From Emiliania huxleyi CCMP1516 (Eukaryota): 64,000 nt of DNA. This document shows positions 44,672 through 56,558 of this stretch, piece after piece. The translations under genes and the position numbers were made by a program. The DNA is taken from assembly GCF_000372725.1 (NCBI RefSeq), contig NW_005202428.1, positions 707,221-771,220 on the forward strand. Reading direction: 5' to 3'. Within the stretch, counting starts at the first letter, position 1, and each line of letters opens with the position of its first letter. Under the pieces are notes generated by a model, which was given only the letters and a program-made list of their open reading frames with translations, made no database searches and was not told the origin of the DNA.

Positions 44672-47600
44672 ATGCCTGACATCGCCAGGCTTCTGGCATT
44701 CCTGTCCGCATCTCTCCTCCTCCTGATCGCTGGCTCCCTGCCGATCACGCACGCGCAGCAGCCCACTTACAACCGACGCGCCATCGACTCGGCGAGCGCA
44801 CAACCGCCGAGTCCAAGGCGCACTGCGTCGCTCTTTCGTGCGGCAGCGCTCCTGGACAGCGGCGAGCAGACCGTCACGGCGAACATTTGGAATAATTTGG
44901 GCGTCGCGCTCATGCGCGCCGCGTACAAGAAAAAAGCTGACCCGACGCACGCCATTTGGTCGCTCGCGGCCTTTGAGCTGTCCCGCCGTCTCGACCCTCT
45001 CGACCGGCAGCCGGTCGCCGACGAGAATCTGGCAGATCTCGCGAGCAAGGTGCCGCCACCGTTGCAGGGCTGAAAAACGTCCGTTGCCGTCTCTGTGTTG
45101 TGAGTCCGCTTGCACTTATTGTTTAGGTGCCGGCGGTGGCGGCTCTCCTCGCCAACCGCCCGCGCGGCTACTGGCAGCCGTCCCCGCTGCTGCCGACGAG
45201 TTCCGTGGGAGAGCTGGCCCTCTCGCACGCCAAGGCCGGCCGCGAGGACGAGGCGCTGCTCTTCCTCTGGCAGTCGCTGCAAGACGCGGACCAGCACGCC
45301 CCGGCCGCGTGGCTCAACTTGTGTATCGTGATGAGCAAGGCGCGCAAGTGGCTGCAGCGTGACCCGCGGAGCTTTCACAACGCGACCGCGGTGGCGCACG
45401 CCGCATGCGAGCACGCGCACGAGCTCTACAAGAAGGACGGCACGCCGCTTATGCGCGACGGACGTCCGCCGGCGGTGGCCGAGAACAAGGACGTCTTCGA
45501 CAGCCTGCGCGAGCAGCACGCGTCCGACCCGGAGAGGCGTGACCACCTCGCGCACGCGAAGCGGGTGGTGCAGGGGCACTGGGTTGCCCTCAAGACCGAC
45601 CGCTGGCAGCTGCGTAAGATGCTCTCCGAAGGAATCATGCCCGCGCCCGCGTCCAGCGACAGGAGCAGCAGGAGCAGCAGGAGCAGCAGCGGCAGCAGCA
45701 GCGGCAGCGGCCCCACCCGCCGCCTTGCGTACGTGCTCGGGCTCCACTCTGAGGCGGTGCTGCTGATGCGCGTCTTCGGACGGCGCAGCCCACGGCTGAA
45801 GCGGGAGGCCCTCGCGTACGTGCGCGCCGCCTCGGAGGCCTCGGGTCTCTCTCGCGCCCTCACGGCCGCGGCGGAGGGCGGCGGAAGCAAGGATGCGTTC
45901 GGGCGCACGTACAGCTTTTGGCCTGCCGCGGACGCAGAGGCGCTGCTCGAGATCGTCAAGAGGGACGCGACCGACCCGCGACTTCCTAACCCGCTGCTCA
46001 CCGCCACGCACGGCCTCATCGCGCTGGCGGCCGCGCACGACGCGACGGCCGTGCGCGCGCCCGACGCGCCCGCGCTGCGATCCGAGGCGCGCGCAGCCTT
46101 CACCCTCACGCGAGCCCTGAGTCCGGTGGACGAGGTGGCGGCGGTGGGCATGAGGGAGCTCGAGCAGCTCATGGCCACGGCAGCGGCGGCTGCTGCGAGC
46201 GGCAGCGGCAGCAGCACGGCGGGGGCGGAGGAGGAGGACGAGGCCAGTCTTGCAGGAGCAGCGTACGACTTTGACGAGGCGCACGTGGCGGGCACTGACG
46301 AACTGCACGCGCGCCTCCGGCGCTTCCTGGCGATGCAGCGGCGCGCTGCCGCGTGGGTCGCTGGTGAGCTGGCCGGAGACGGCGAGGAGCCAGATGCGCC
46401 GCCGCGTGTGCTGCTCGCGGCGCTGCCCAACGTGGGGTTGGGCAACCAGGCGATCGTGGCGGCCTCCTTCATGGCTCACGCGCTCCTCACCGACCGGGCG
46501 CTCTTCTTCCTCAGCCCCGACCTGCAGTGCTCCGACTCCGAGGACGGCGACGACCGCGAGGGCATCCGCTCGCACAACGCGCTGCTGTGCGACGCCTTCG
46601 ACCTCGTGGGCGAGCAACGGGGCCGCCCTCTCTGGAGGCTCGTGGACGTGCTCGAGCGCTCAAAGGCGCCCGGTCGGATGGCCAACCTTCACGCGCTCGT
46701 CGAGCCCGCCACGGTCGGTGGTGGCGGCGGCAGCGCGGCGTCCAATTATCGCGCGCTGCGGCTGCGGCCGCTTCCCGGCCAGCCGCAACCTGCTCCCGGC
46801 CGCTACTCGACGGTCGAGCACCTCACTTGCTCTGCCGACTCGCCGCCGCCCTCTTCGGACGCGCCTGCTCCAGGCCCCCGCGTTCTGGCCCTCAAAACGC
46901 CGCTCTGGTACGTTCCACTCCTCGAGCTGAACGGGCACGGCTTTCGAGAGGACATTGCACGCCTCTTTTCGCCCAGCGGCGCGTACGTGGACGGCCTCTC
47001 GCTCGAGCTCACCGGCGCCGATGCCAAGGGGGAGGAGGTGATGCGCGACATCTTTGGGCCGCTGCTGCGCTTCCTGCTGCCGCCCAAGCGTGCCATCCTC
47101 CGCGAGGCCCGAGCCTTCCTCCGCCAGCACTCCCTCATCGCCGGCGCGGCCGGCGACGCCGCGGCGAGTGGCGCGCGGGAGCTCATGGCGGTACACGTGC
47201 GCGTGCAGGACTCGACGCGCGACATCGCGGAGGCGGGCAGGGCCTCGTATGCGCGCCTCGAAGCCTCGATCAAGCGCTGCGTTGCGAGTCGCGTCGCGAA
47301 CCTCACCGGCATTAGCAGCAGCGGCGCCACCAGCGCCACCAGCACCGCCGCAGCAGCGGCGGCGGCGCCCGCACCAAAACGCGTCGGCGTGCTGGTGGCA
47401 TCGGACAAGGCATCGCTGCGCACACGCCTCGTGGCCGGCTTCCGCGCGAGTGCCGGCGTGGCCGCGGCCGGCCACTACGCGCCGCCCGCCGGATCCTTCC
47501 TGGGCGACGCCGCCTCTCGCAACACGGCTAACGGCTGGAGGACGGCCGCCGTCGAGCTGCTCGCGCTGGCGCACGCGACGCACTTGCTGCAGGCGGGCAA

Positions 47601-47949
47601 CCACGCCTTCTCGTCGTTTGGCATGACGGCGGCGCACTTGCTGCCGCACGAGACGAAGCAGACGGCGCTCTCGCACCCGTGCGACGAGGAGTGGGGCGCC
47701 GCCGCGGGCGAGGCAGAGTGCATTGCGCAGGAGCATCCGCAGCCCTGGCTCAATTTGCGATGGCCCGTCCTCGACAGCGCGGCCGAGCGCAAGCGCGTCG
47801 GCTGCACGCTCAGGGATGCCAATGGCGTCGCGATGCCGCTCGTCCACAGGCTGCAGGCAAGGGGTGCCATGGAGCTCAACTGCCCCGAGCTGCATGCGAT
47901 GGCGAGGAGGCAGAAGCTCTTCCGCAACCAGCAAAAGGAGGAGTTGTAG
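44672..47949 (+). CDS. Signal peptide + TPR-like repeats + fucosyltransferase-like (GT37/GT23-type) domain, C-terminal KEEL
   Basis: Exons 44672-45049 and 45127-47949. TPR-like WNNLGVAL and AAWLNLCIV. FucT-like GLGNQAIVAASFMAHALLTDRALF, MAVHVRV, VLVASD and AAVELLALAHATHL...FSSFG. Confidence 0.75.
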
Positions 47950-48076
47950 CTGTACGAGATTGGTGCTCGTCTTCGAGAGTAGTTGTAGTTGTTGTAGGCG
48001 GTGGTATACAGAGTCTACACAGAGTCACAGGTCAGCTGCAACGAGTAAGAGAGTACATAGTGGTATAGAGCATGAT

Positions 48077-48084
48077 AGAGAGAG

Positions 48085-48176
<92 letters not shown>
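48077..48176. repeat. (AG)n microsatellite
   Basis: About 50 AG units with two interruptions. An (AC)n run follows at 48271-48307. Confidence 0.97.
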
Positions 48177-48178
<2 letters not shown>

Positions 48179-48268
48179 AGCGAGGGTCGCGGAATACAGG
48201 GTCGCGGAAGCAGTACGGTCGTGTTATCAGTAAAACCATGGGCATTGCACACTCCGCGTCGCTACACC

Positions 48269-48308
<40 letters not shown>

Positions 48309-48463
48309 CAGTCATTACACTTGGGCAAGTGACACTTCACATCACAAAACAGTAAACAGATAACAAGGCCGCCGCGCGTATTTTCACGCACGCATGCGAA
48401 CCGCAACCCAGGGCGAAGACCGGCTCTCTGACACCGCAAGCCCGTGCCGCTCAGAGCTTTCCA

Positions 48464-50074
48464 TCAGCACCCCTTCGGCGGCTCAAGCTGCGCCTGCTTG
48501 ATCTGCTCGTCCACGCCCTTCTCGTACCGCTGCGAGAAGACGGTGAAGTAGTACCCGGCGGCGTTGTAGATCGAGGCGGTCAGGATGGTGAGGAGGAAGG
48601 CGGTGTGCTGCGGTGCAGAGGCGCGGCGGGAGCGGAGTCGCGCAAGGAGCCGGCCGCGGGCTGCGATGGCGGGCGAGGCGCGTGCGCGGGGTGGGAGGGC
48701 TGGAGCGACGGGGTGGCTCACGGCGACGAACGAGTGCCAGTAGATTGTGGCGAGTCCCATTGTCACGACCCCAAAGATGAGGTGCATCAGCATGTAGACG
48801 GCGCGCTGGGCGAGGTCACCCGTCACGCCGAACCTGTGGGCGGGCGGGGCTTTTACCGCAAAGGGGGGAGGAGAGAGGGGGGGAGTGTGGGGGCCGAGTG
48901 CGGCTTCTTCTGACGTCAGTGTGTGTGAGGAGAGAGGGGGGCGGAGGGGAGCTGGAGCGAGGCAGCGGAGCTACTGTGGAGGGCCGCAGGACTCCCGCAA
49001 GAAGGGGGGGGGGGGGGGGGGCTAGACTTCGCCGCGGGCGGCTGGCGCTCGCGCGGGTGGGCGGCGCACCTCCTGAAGAGAGCGGTGAGCACCTTTGCGC
49101 TCGGCCCCGTGGTCGTTACGCGGTCGAAGAGCGTCTGGTAGGCGTTCCGCTTGAGAAAGTCGCCGAGGACGATGAAGACGAGGAGGTAGTAGCCGAGGAT
49201 CCAGGGGAGGTAAAAGTACCTCGTCCCGTCAGCCAGCAGCAGGAGCGGGTTCCGGCCGCACTCGGGATCGCACACCTGAGGAGGCGGGCTGGGTGGCATC
49301 AGGCGGGCAGAGGAGCTGGCACGCGGGGCTTGGGGGTGTCTCGGAGGCGTCTCGGAGGTGTCCTGGAGGTGCCTAGGAAGAGTGTCGCGGGAGGCGTGCC
49401 GTGAAGCCCGGCGTCGCATTCCAGCGCAGCGTCCAGGTGACGACGAGCGGCGAGAGGTGGAGGAAGACCGAGGTCATGTGGGCGTGCGAGTGGAAGATGA
49501 GCGACTGGCTGAAGGCGAGCACGCTCCACGCCACCGGGCCGTTTGACACCATGAAGAAGACCTGGAAGAGGAGCGCGCTCTCCCGGTACCTCCACAAGTA
49601 CAACAGCCCGATCAAATTCGCCCAGTAACAGAAATCGGCGAGGAGCCAGTGCTTCCCCTGCTGCAAAAAGGTGTACCAGCGCACCGCGACGAGCACCAGC
49701 GCCTTTGGCGTGTGCCAGAGGTAGTAGTGCCGAGGAGCGGCGCCGGCGATGTATGCTGTGATGGCGACGTTGAGCACGCCGAGGACGTAGAACGCCTTGT
49801 CGGCGCTCTTCACCGCCAGTCTGGCCTTGTGTAGTGCCTTGTCCTTCTGCTTCTCGGCCGCGCTCGCGCGCTGGTTCGTCGCAAGGCCGTGGCTTTCCTC
49901 TCGCTCGAAGAGCGAGCCAAGCTGAGCGAGCGCCGCGACATACTTTGATTGAGCCAGCACAGCCCACGCAATCGCAGCGATTGGGAACAGGCCAATGAGC
50001 GCCAGCGCGGCGTCCTCGCGGGTGAACTCGATCGGCTCCGGAGGCGGCGCGCCTTGGCGTGGTGTGAGCCTCAT
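48464..50074 (-). CDS. GPC1: Glycerophosphocholine acyltransferase (GPC1/DUF2838 family)
   Basis: Exons 50074-49400, 49275-49070, 48833-48722 and 48607-48464. DKAFYVLGVLN, LLADFCYWAN, GPVAWSVLAFSQSLIFHSHAHMTSVFLHLSP and IYNAAGYYFTVF. Confidence 0.82.
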
Positions 50075-50330
50075 GATTACGGCGTGCCGAGGTAGGACAC
50101 GAGGCTTGTGCTAGGACGCAGGCTGCGAAAGGCTGACAGGCTGACGGGGCCGACGCCGAGGCGCGCGAGGAAATCGACGCCGAGGCGCGGATCTTTTTCT
50201 TTTTTGCGCGAGAGGCTTTGAGATTTGAGGAGGGGGAGGCAGCGCGGGCGGCGAGTGCACGTCGTAAGCCCCACCCGGCTGTCGGGCGGGCGTGGGGCAG
50301 CGTCAAAATTCTTCTTCCTAAAATACCGCG

Positions 50331-51608
50331 ATGTCCAATATGTCGCGCCGCCGCTCGCGCCGCCTCGCCTCCTCCTCCACCGCCACTCCCTCGCCAACCA
50401 CGCCGCCGCCCACCCGACTCCTGGACCTCCCCACGGAGCTCCTCGTGCGCGCCCTCTCTCGCTGCGACCCCGCCGACATCGCTCGCGTCGCGGCCGTCTC
50501 GCTGCTTTTCCACGCCTCGCTTGCGGCGGAGGGCATCCGCTTGTGGGCGCAGGAGCGCGGCTTGGAGCTGCCGGCGCTGCCCGAGGGCGAGAGCTGCACC
50601 GTGCGATGGCTGTGCTTTATGGCGCTGCTGTGCGAGTCCAACCCGCCGGCGAGGGCGGCAGCAGGCGTGTCTCACAGCGTCTTCATCGACGGCGAGGGGC
50701 GGCTCTCGTCGTGCGGCAATGCGCCGCACATCTATCCAGGCCTGCTCGGTCACGGCGAGGGGGTGACGCGGCTCAACACGCCGACCCGCCTCCCTTCCAC
50801 GCTGGGCGGTGAGCGCGTCGTGAGCGTGTCAGCTGGAGCCGCGCACAGCCTCGCCCTCACCGCCAGCGGCAGTGTCTGGAGCTGGGGCAGTGGAGGCTTA
50901 GGCCCGCTGGGCCACGGCGACGATCAGGCCCAGTGGCTGCCCACGAAGGTCGAGACCTTTGCAGGGCGGCGCGTCGTCGCTGTGTCGGCTGGAGGCGGCC
51001 ACAGCCTCGCCGTCACCGCCAACGGCGCCATCTGGAGCTGGGGCGGTGGAGTCTTTGGCAAGCTGGGCCACGGCGACGAGCAGCACCAGCTGCTGCCGAA
51101 GGAGGTTGAGGCCTTCGCTGGCCAGCACGTTGTCGCTGTGTCGGCTGGATGGTACCACAGCCTCGCCATCACCGCAGACGGCAGCGTCTGGAATTGGGGC
51201 GATGGAGACTACGGCAAGCTGGGCCACGGCGACCAGCAGAGGCAGCTGCTGCCGAAGAAGGTTGAGGCATTCGCTGACCAGCGCGTCGTCGCTGTTTCGG
51301 CTGGACGCGAGCACAGCCTCGCCTTCACCGCCGACGGCGCCGTCTGGAGCTGGGGCGCAGGAGGTGATGGCCGGTTGGGCCACGGCGATCAGCAGAACCA
51401 GCTGCTGCCCAAGAAGGTCGAGGCCTTGGCGGGGCGGCGCGTCGTCGCTGTGTCGGCTGGATCCAATCACAGCATCTCCATCACCGCCGACGGCGCCGTC
51501 TTTACTTGGGGCCAGGGCGGCGACGGCTGCCTAGGCCACGGAGAGGACCTGTCGGTCAAGCTGCTGCCAAAGAAGGTCGAAGGGTGGGCCTGGGCGCCGG
51601 GGCAGTGA
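50331..51608 (+). CDS. F-box-like + RCC1-repeat protein (6 repeats)
   Basis: F-box-like LLDLPTELLVRALSRCDPADIARVAAVS. Repeats of VSAG..HSLA.TADG.VWSWG.G..G.LGHGD. Intronless. Start is 50331 or 50340. Confidence 0.9.
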   Translation: MSNMSRRRSRRLASSSTATPSPTTPPPTRLLDLPTELLVRALSRCDPADIARVAAVSLLFHASLAAEGIRLWAQERGLELPALPEGESCTVRWLCFMALLCESNPPARAAAGVSHSVFIDGEGRLSSCGNAPHIYPGLLGHGEGVTRLNTPTRLPSTLGGERVVSVSAGAAHSLALTASGSVWSWGSGGLGPLGHGDDQAQWLPTKVETFAGRRVVAVSAGGGHSLAVTANGAIWSWGGGVFGKLGHGDEQHQLLPKEVEAFAGQHVVAVSAGWYHSLAITADGSVWNWGDGDYGKLGHGDQQRQLLPKKVEAFADQRVVAVSAGREHSLAFTADGAVWSWGAGGDGRLGHGDQQNQLLPKKVEALAGRRVVAVSAGSNHSISITADGAVFTWGQGGDGCLGHGEDLSVKLLPKKVEGWAWAPGQ

Positions 51609-51946
51609 GAAGGGCGGGTGTGTCCGTGTAAAGGTGCCGCTGCTGGTCTCCCAGGCCGGCCATCTCACTGGGAGTCCTTGGTTTGGTTTTGGTTTCCACG
51701 TTTCGATTAATGTACAGGGCTAGAGCCCGACACCACCCCACTCCCCGCCTGCGCTCCGCTGTCGTGGCTCGTGGTCGTGCGACGGTGCGAGCTGCGACGT
51801 GGCACGTGCGTGTCACGAGAGCCAGGAGAGTGCGCTGCGCCGCACAAGCCACAAGGCGGCGCTCACGTCGCGGCATCTCCGCAGTGCGCGCACCCCCCAG
51901 GGTCAGGGCTTTTTTGAAAAAAGGTTGTCCGAACACGAAAGTCGCG

Positions 51947-54430
51947 CTATCCCTTGATGACTGCGATCGGCCGCAGCTTGACGCACTTGCTGGAGATTCC
52001 CGCCGCGTGGCAGGTGTCGACGACCTCCGTCACGTCCTTGTACGACTCGGGCGACTCCTCCATGACCAGCTTGGGCGATGCGACGCGGATGGAGATGCCC
52101 TTCTGCTGCAGCGCCTCGAGCACCTCGGTGTAGTCGAGCTGCCGCCGCGAGCCGGCGCGCGACTTTGCGCGCCCGGCGCCGTGGCAGGTGCTGCCCCACG
52201 TGTCGGCCATCCCCTTCTCCGTGCCGGTGAGCACATACGAGCACGTGCCCATGGTGCCGCCGATCAGCACGGGCTGCCCGGTGAACTGGTAGTCGAGCGG
52301 GATGAGCGGGTGGTGCGGAGGAAAGGCGCGGGTGGAGCCCTTGCGGTGGACGAGCAGCCTGCCCGCAGCGGAGGGGAGGGCGGGTGGTCACGGGCGGGGG
52401 CACGCTGCGAGCTGCCGCGGCGGCGGGGCGAGCAGAGCCTCTTCGGCTTGCCGTCCACGAGGTGCTGCTCTACCTGTTCACAGCTGGAGGTGTGAAGAGA
52501 CGCTGTTCACAGCTTGCCGTCCACGAGGTGCTGCTCTACCTGGCGGGCCGGGGCGGTGCGATACCCACGCGCGGTCCACGCGATCAGAAACGGTCCGCGA
52601 GGAGGGGGGCGGCTGGGGCAGGGAGGGACGGCGCCTTTGCGATGTTGTGCGACACGTCGTACACGACCCCCATCTCGAGGTCGTCTGGCGTAGCGCCAAA
52701 GGTGCGCGCGAAGGCCTGGCGCACCGAGAAGGTGGCTCACCACCTCCGAGAGGCCGTAGCGGGAGAGGCGGGTGGGCAGGTCGAGAGGCGTGTCCGAGAC
52801 CACCCACCGCAGCGGCCGGGTCGGCGGCGAGGGCGACGGTGGCGGCGTCGGAGGCGTGGCCTCGGCGACGGGAGGGGCTGTGCGGCGGGGCGGCATGCCG
52901 CTGGGCGCGGCGATGCCGCTGGCTAGAGCGCGGCGGGGCTCGCCTGGCGGCAGAGGAAAGTCATCGAGGAGCGGTTGACCCACGCATAGTTCGCCGCGGC
53001 CGCCATGGCCTGCAGGTACTGCTTACCCTCGGCGGACCCGATCCGCGCGCACGCGAGCTGCCGGTCGTTGACTCGGATGTCGTCGCGCCCCATCGCCCGC
53101 TCCATCTGCAGCAGCGCGTCCGTCGCCACCTGGCGGCCACGGCCACGCGTCGCGGACGCGCGAGGGGCTGTGTCGTGAGAAGTGTCCCTCTGGGCTCAGC
53201 ACCCGGCTGGTCCGGAGTGTGGTCTTGCGTGTGGACTCGCGTGTGGCATCACCGTGATTGCGCGTGACACGCGTGTGGTCGTGGTGCGTGGTCCTGTGGG
53301 CCTGCGAAGGCACTGCGTGTGATCGCCCTTCTCCACACTGGCGTGAGCGTTGCAGTGGTCGCGTCCCACCTGGTGCCCCAGGGTTAGGGTTAGGGTTAGG
53401 GTTAGGGTTAGGGTTAGGGGTACGGTTAGCGTCCAACCTGGTGCCCCAGTCCGCGCGAGCCAGAGTGGAGGAGGACGCACACCTGGGCGCTTGGGCGGCG
53501 CGTGAGCGGGGGAGACGCCGGCGGGGAGAGACAGGCGCGCCCGCCGCTCTCCTGGCCCTCAAAGTCGAGGCCCATCTGCGCCGCAGCACGCTTGTCGAAG
53601 ATCCGGTCGACGACCTGGATCTCGGCGTAGTGGTTCCCAGCGCCGAGCGTGCCGAGCTGCGGCAAGCCTGCGAGGGGCGGAGAGCGCGCGTCCGGCACGG
53701 GCCTCCGAGGGCTCTTGCTCGGGCCCCGTGTGGCTCGGTCCAGCAGGGGGCGCACGCCTCGCTTCTTCGCCCTCGCCGAGACGGAGGCGGGGGAGGCGGT
53801 CAGCATCCTGCCGCTCTCCTCGCAGTGCTCCTTGTCCTCCGCCCACGCGTACCCCTCGCGCACCGACCAGTCCATCCCCAGCTCCAGCGCCCGCTGCAGG
53901 CTGTCCGAAGAGGACGGGATGACGCCCTGCGAGCCGACTCCGACAGGGATGTGGTCGAAGAGCGACTGCGCGAGCGCCTCGCGCCGGTCTGCCACCGCGG
54001 CCTCGGTGAGGTTGGTGCGCAGGAGCCGCACGCCGCAGTTGATGTCGAAGCCGACGCCGCCGGGTGAGACGACCGCGTCCGGGTCGTCCATGTCAAAGGC
54101 CGCGACGTTGCCGATGGCGAAGCCATAGCCAGAGTGGGCGTCCGGTAGGCCGATGGAGTGGCCGACGATGCCAGGGAGCGCGGCGACGTTGGCTATCTGC
54201 TTGAGCGCTGGGAGGAAGCCGGACGTGGACGAGGAGCCCGCGAACTGCCGCAGCTCCGACCATAGCAGCGGCTGCAGCGCCTCGTTGACGTAGACGTGCC
54301 CCGGCACCCGCATCTGAGGGACGAAGCCGAGATCAATGCGCCAGCGGTACGGCGTCTCCTGCTTGAGGAACGCGAGCTCGTCTTCGTAGCCACGAGCCGG
54401 GAGGCTGGATTGGCTGCTGCTTGCCGCCAT
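51947..54430 (-). CDS. RTCB: RNA-splicing ligase RtcB
   Basis: Exons 54430-53758, 53667-53552, 53482-53438, 53129-52944, 52715-52635, 52473-52439 and 52358-51947. [67 protein letters not shown] and LRPIAVIKG. Confidence 0.97.
53384..53419 (+). repeat. Interstitial telomeric repeat (TTAGGG)x6 in RtcB intron 3
   Basis: Six perfect TTAGGG units. Confidence 0.95.
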
Positions 54431-56558
54431 GGTGCCTTATCGACGACACACGCGCGCCGGTGGTTCGACCCTAAGTGGTTCGACCATACTGTCCAAGCCT
54501 AAAGTCTGGGCAGGTTGTCGGGGACACGATCCCGGCGTGAACACAACTAACTGACGGATCCGCTCCTGACAGTCGCACGCGCCGCGCTGTGGCGCGTGCG
54601 ACTGTCTTTGTTTGAAGTTAAAAGTCGAATCAGAGCGCCGTCGGCGTTGTCCCCCGATTTTCTCCCCCGGACCGCCCGTCCGGCACCGCTCCGGGACGCA
54701 CGCCGGCGAAGCACCATCAAGCTGCTGTACGGCCCCGGCATCGCCTCCCCTGGCTTAGCTCTCAGTCAAGATATTGTGCACATGGGTGGCCTCTACAATA
54801 TACTCACTGACACTGAACCTCCCAGAGCTCGTCCCGGTCCGCCACGGCCATCCTCGGCCTCCGGGGGGGCCCCGGCCGCGGCGCGGTGCGGCGGCGTCAC
54901 AAATCCGACCACAGAGCACGGGGACGCGGTCGGGCGATCTAAGGCCCAGTGAGGCGTATGCATTGCCTATCCAGGGCTATCACCTGGACCTATCAACAGG
55001 CGCCTGCGGCGCCGTGGTCAGGAGCTGCTGTTCACGCCGGTCCACACTTTCATAGTGGACAGTAACTCTGCCAGGGTTCGGGCTCTCAAGTGGTGTGGTT
55101 ATTCCCGCCCAATCTCATAGCTATGAAGTGTTCCGCTGAACACCCGACTCCCGTAGCCCAATCTCTAGCTATGAAGTGTTCCGCTGACACCCCCCCCCCC
55201 CCGCCCCGCCCCGTCCTCTCCCCCAGGGCGACGTGATCGAACAGGTGGTTGCGAGGTTGAAAGGCGTGGCGGAAAAATCGGGGCAGCCGATGTTTAAGCC
55301 GTGGCGACCGCTCCAGATGCGACATGTCGAAGACGACCAATCCGATCCGATTCAATCGAGGGGCCGGATCGGGCTGCGGCGCCCTCAGGTCTGTCTTAGG
55401 AATGAACGCATAGGGCGAGCCGAAATGGCACTTCGTATTTGACGAGGACATGGCCTCACTACGTATTTGCTCTATGACGATTCTCATTTTCTTTTTTCTT
55501 CCGCACGCCCAAACGCACAATATCTGGCAAAAGCCGGCGTGCAGTAATTAATGTAAGCAGGTGATCGGTAGCCCGGACCACTCTCATTGGGGGGGTGACA
55601 AACCTACACGTTCACCTTCACTACCGTACACCATTCACTACCGTTTACCGTTCACCGTTCCCGCCATCCATGCACGTGAAACCGTCCTCGGTTCCCGCCA
55701 TGTTGATGAATGCACATCCAAGGTGTGCAAATCACCGATGGCTCGTTGCACGAGTATATGGGCCACAAGCGTCGAAAATGTCCCAAAAGCGTGTCGCCGC
55801 GCCGCCTTCTCCGCCGCCCGAGCGGCCGCCTCCGCCTCCTCCGGCTCCGCCGCTAACAGCGCCTCCCTCCGCCTCACCTCGTCCTCGATGGGCCCCCTGC
55901 GCATCCAGGAGAGGTCGCGCGAGCGACCTATCCAGGGGTGATTCGCAGACGGCGCATGCCCCTTCCGCAGCATCGAGTAATCGCCGAAGCCAGCCCCAAA
56001 GTAGTTGTCCAGGCAGGCGTCGCAGAAAAACTCACCTAGCTGAGAGATCTGAAGCCCATAGACAGGCAAGGGCATCAGAACCCTCGCCGCGCCGCATCTC
56101 CTCCTCCGCCGCCTCCATCTCCTACTGCACAAAGATCGCACGGGCGGGGACCTGTTCCTTTTCACCCTTCTCACAGTAGAGGTGTCCGTTTTTATTTATT
56201 TATTAAATGTCGAAATTTTCTACCATGGGGTCTAATTTCTAACCTAGCCGATCTAACGTTGTTCAACCCGGACCGCTATCCTGACCTGCGCCTGGTCTAC
56301 GCCTGACCTGGCTATCCTACTCCCCCTGCCCTGTCACACACACGAGACGAGCGGCTCATGCCGCTCTTGCACACGCACTGCGCTACTGGCAGTAGTACTC
56401 CGGTACTGGCGCATGTCCTACTCAGTAGGACAAGGGCTCCTGTCCGCCCAGGTGCGTACGAGCGTCGCTTCCCACGCGCTGCTCGTCCGGGCAGCGCGCC
56501 CGCAGGCGCGCCCTCAGCCTCGTTTGAGTAGAGGACAACGTCCTATAGGGCAAAGGAC

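Noticed and set aside
8603..47949. Polysaccharide biosynthesis gene cluster (CBM42, GT-like, GT90, FucT)
   Set aside because: The genes are spread over 40 kb among unrelated genes, with no evidence of co-regulation.
50331..51608. UVR8 photoreceptor
   Set aside because: It lacks the repeated GWRHT tryptophan motifs and carries an F-box-like N-terminus.
53384..53419. True chromosome end
   Set aside because: Only six units, and they lie inside an intron of an intact gene.
55108..55195. Duplicated ~30-bp atctc..tagctatgaagtgttccgctga
   Set aside because: A local tandem duplication with no further structure seen.
55638..56174. Possible zinc-binding protein ORF (FFCDACLD)
   Set aside because: No ATG start and no recognisable family; it cannot be supported without a search.
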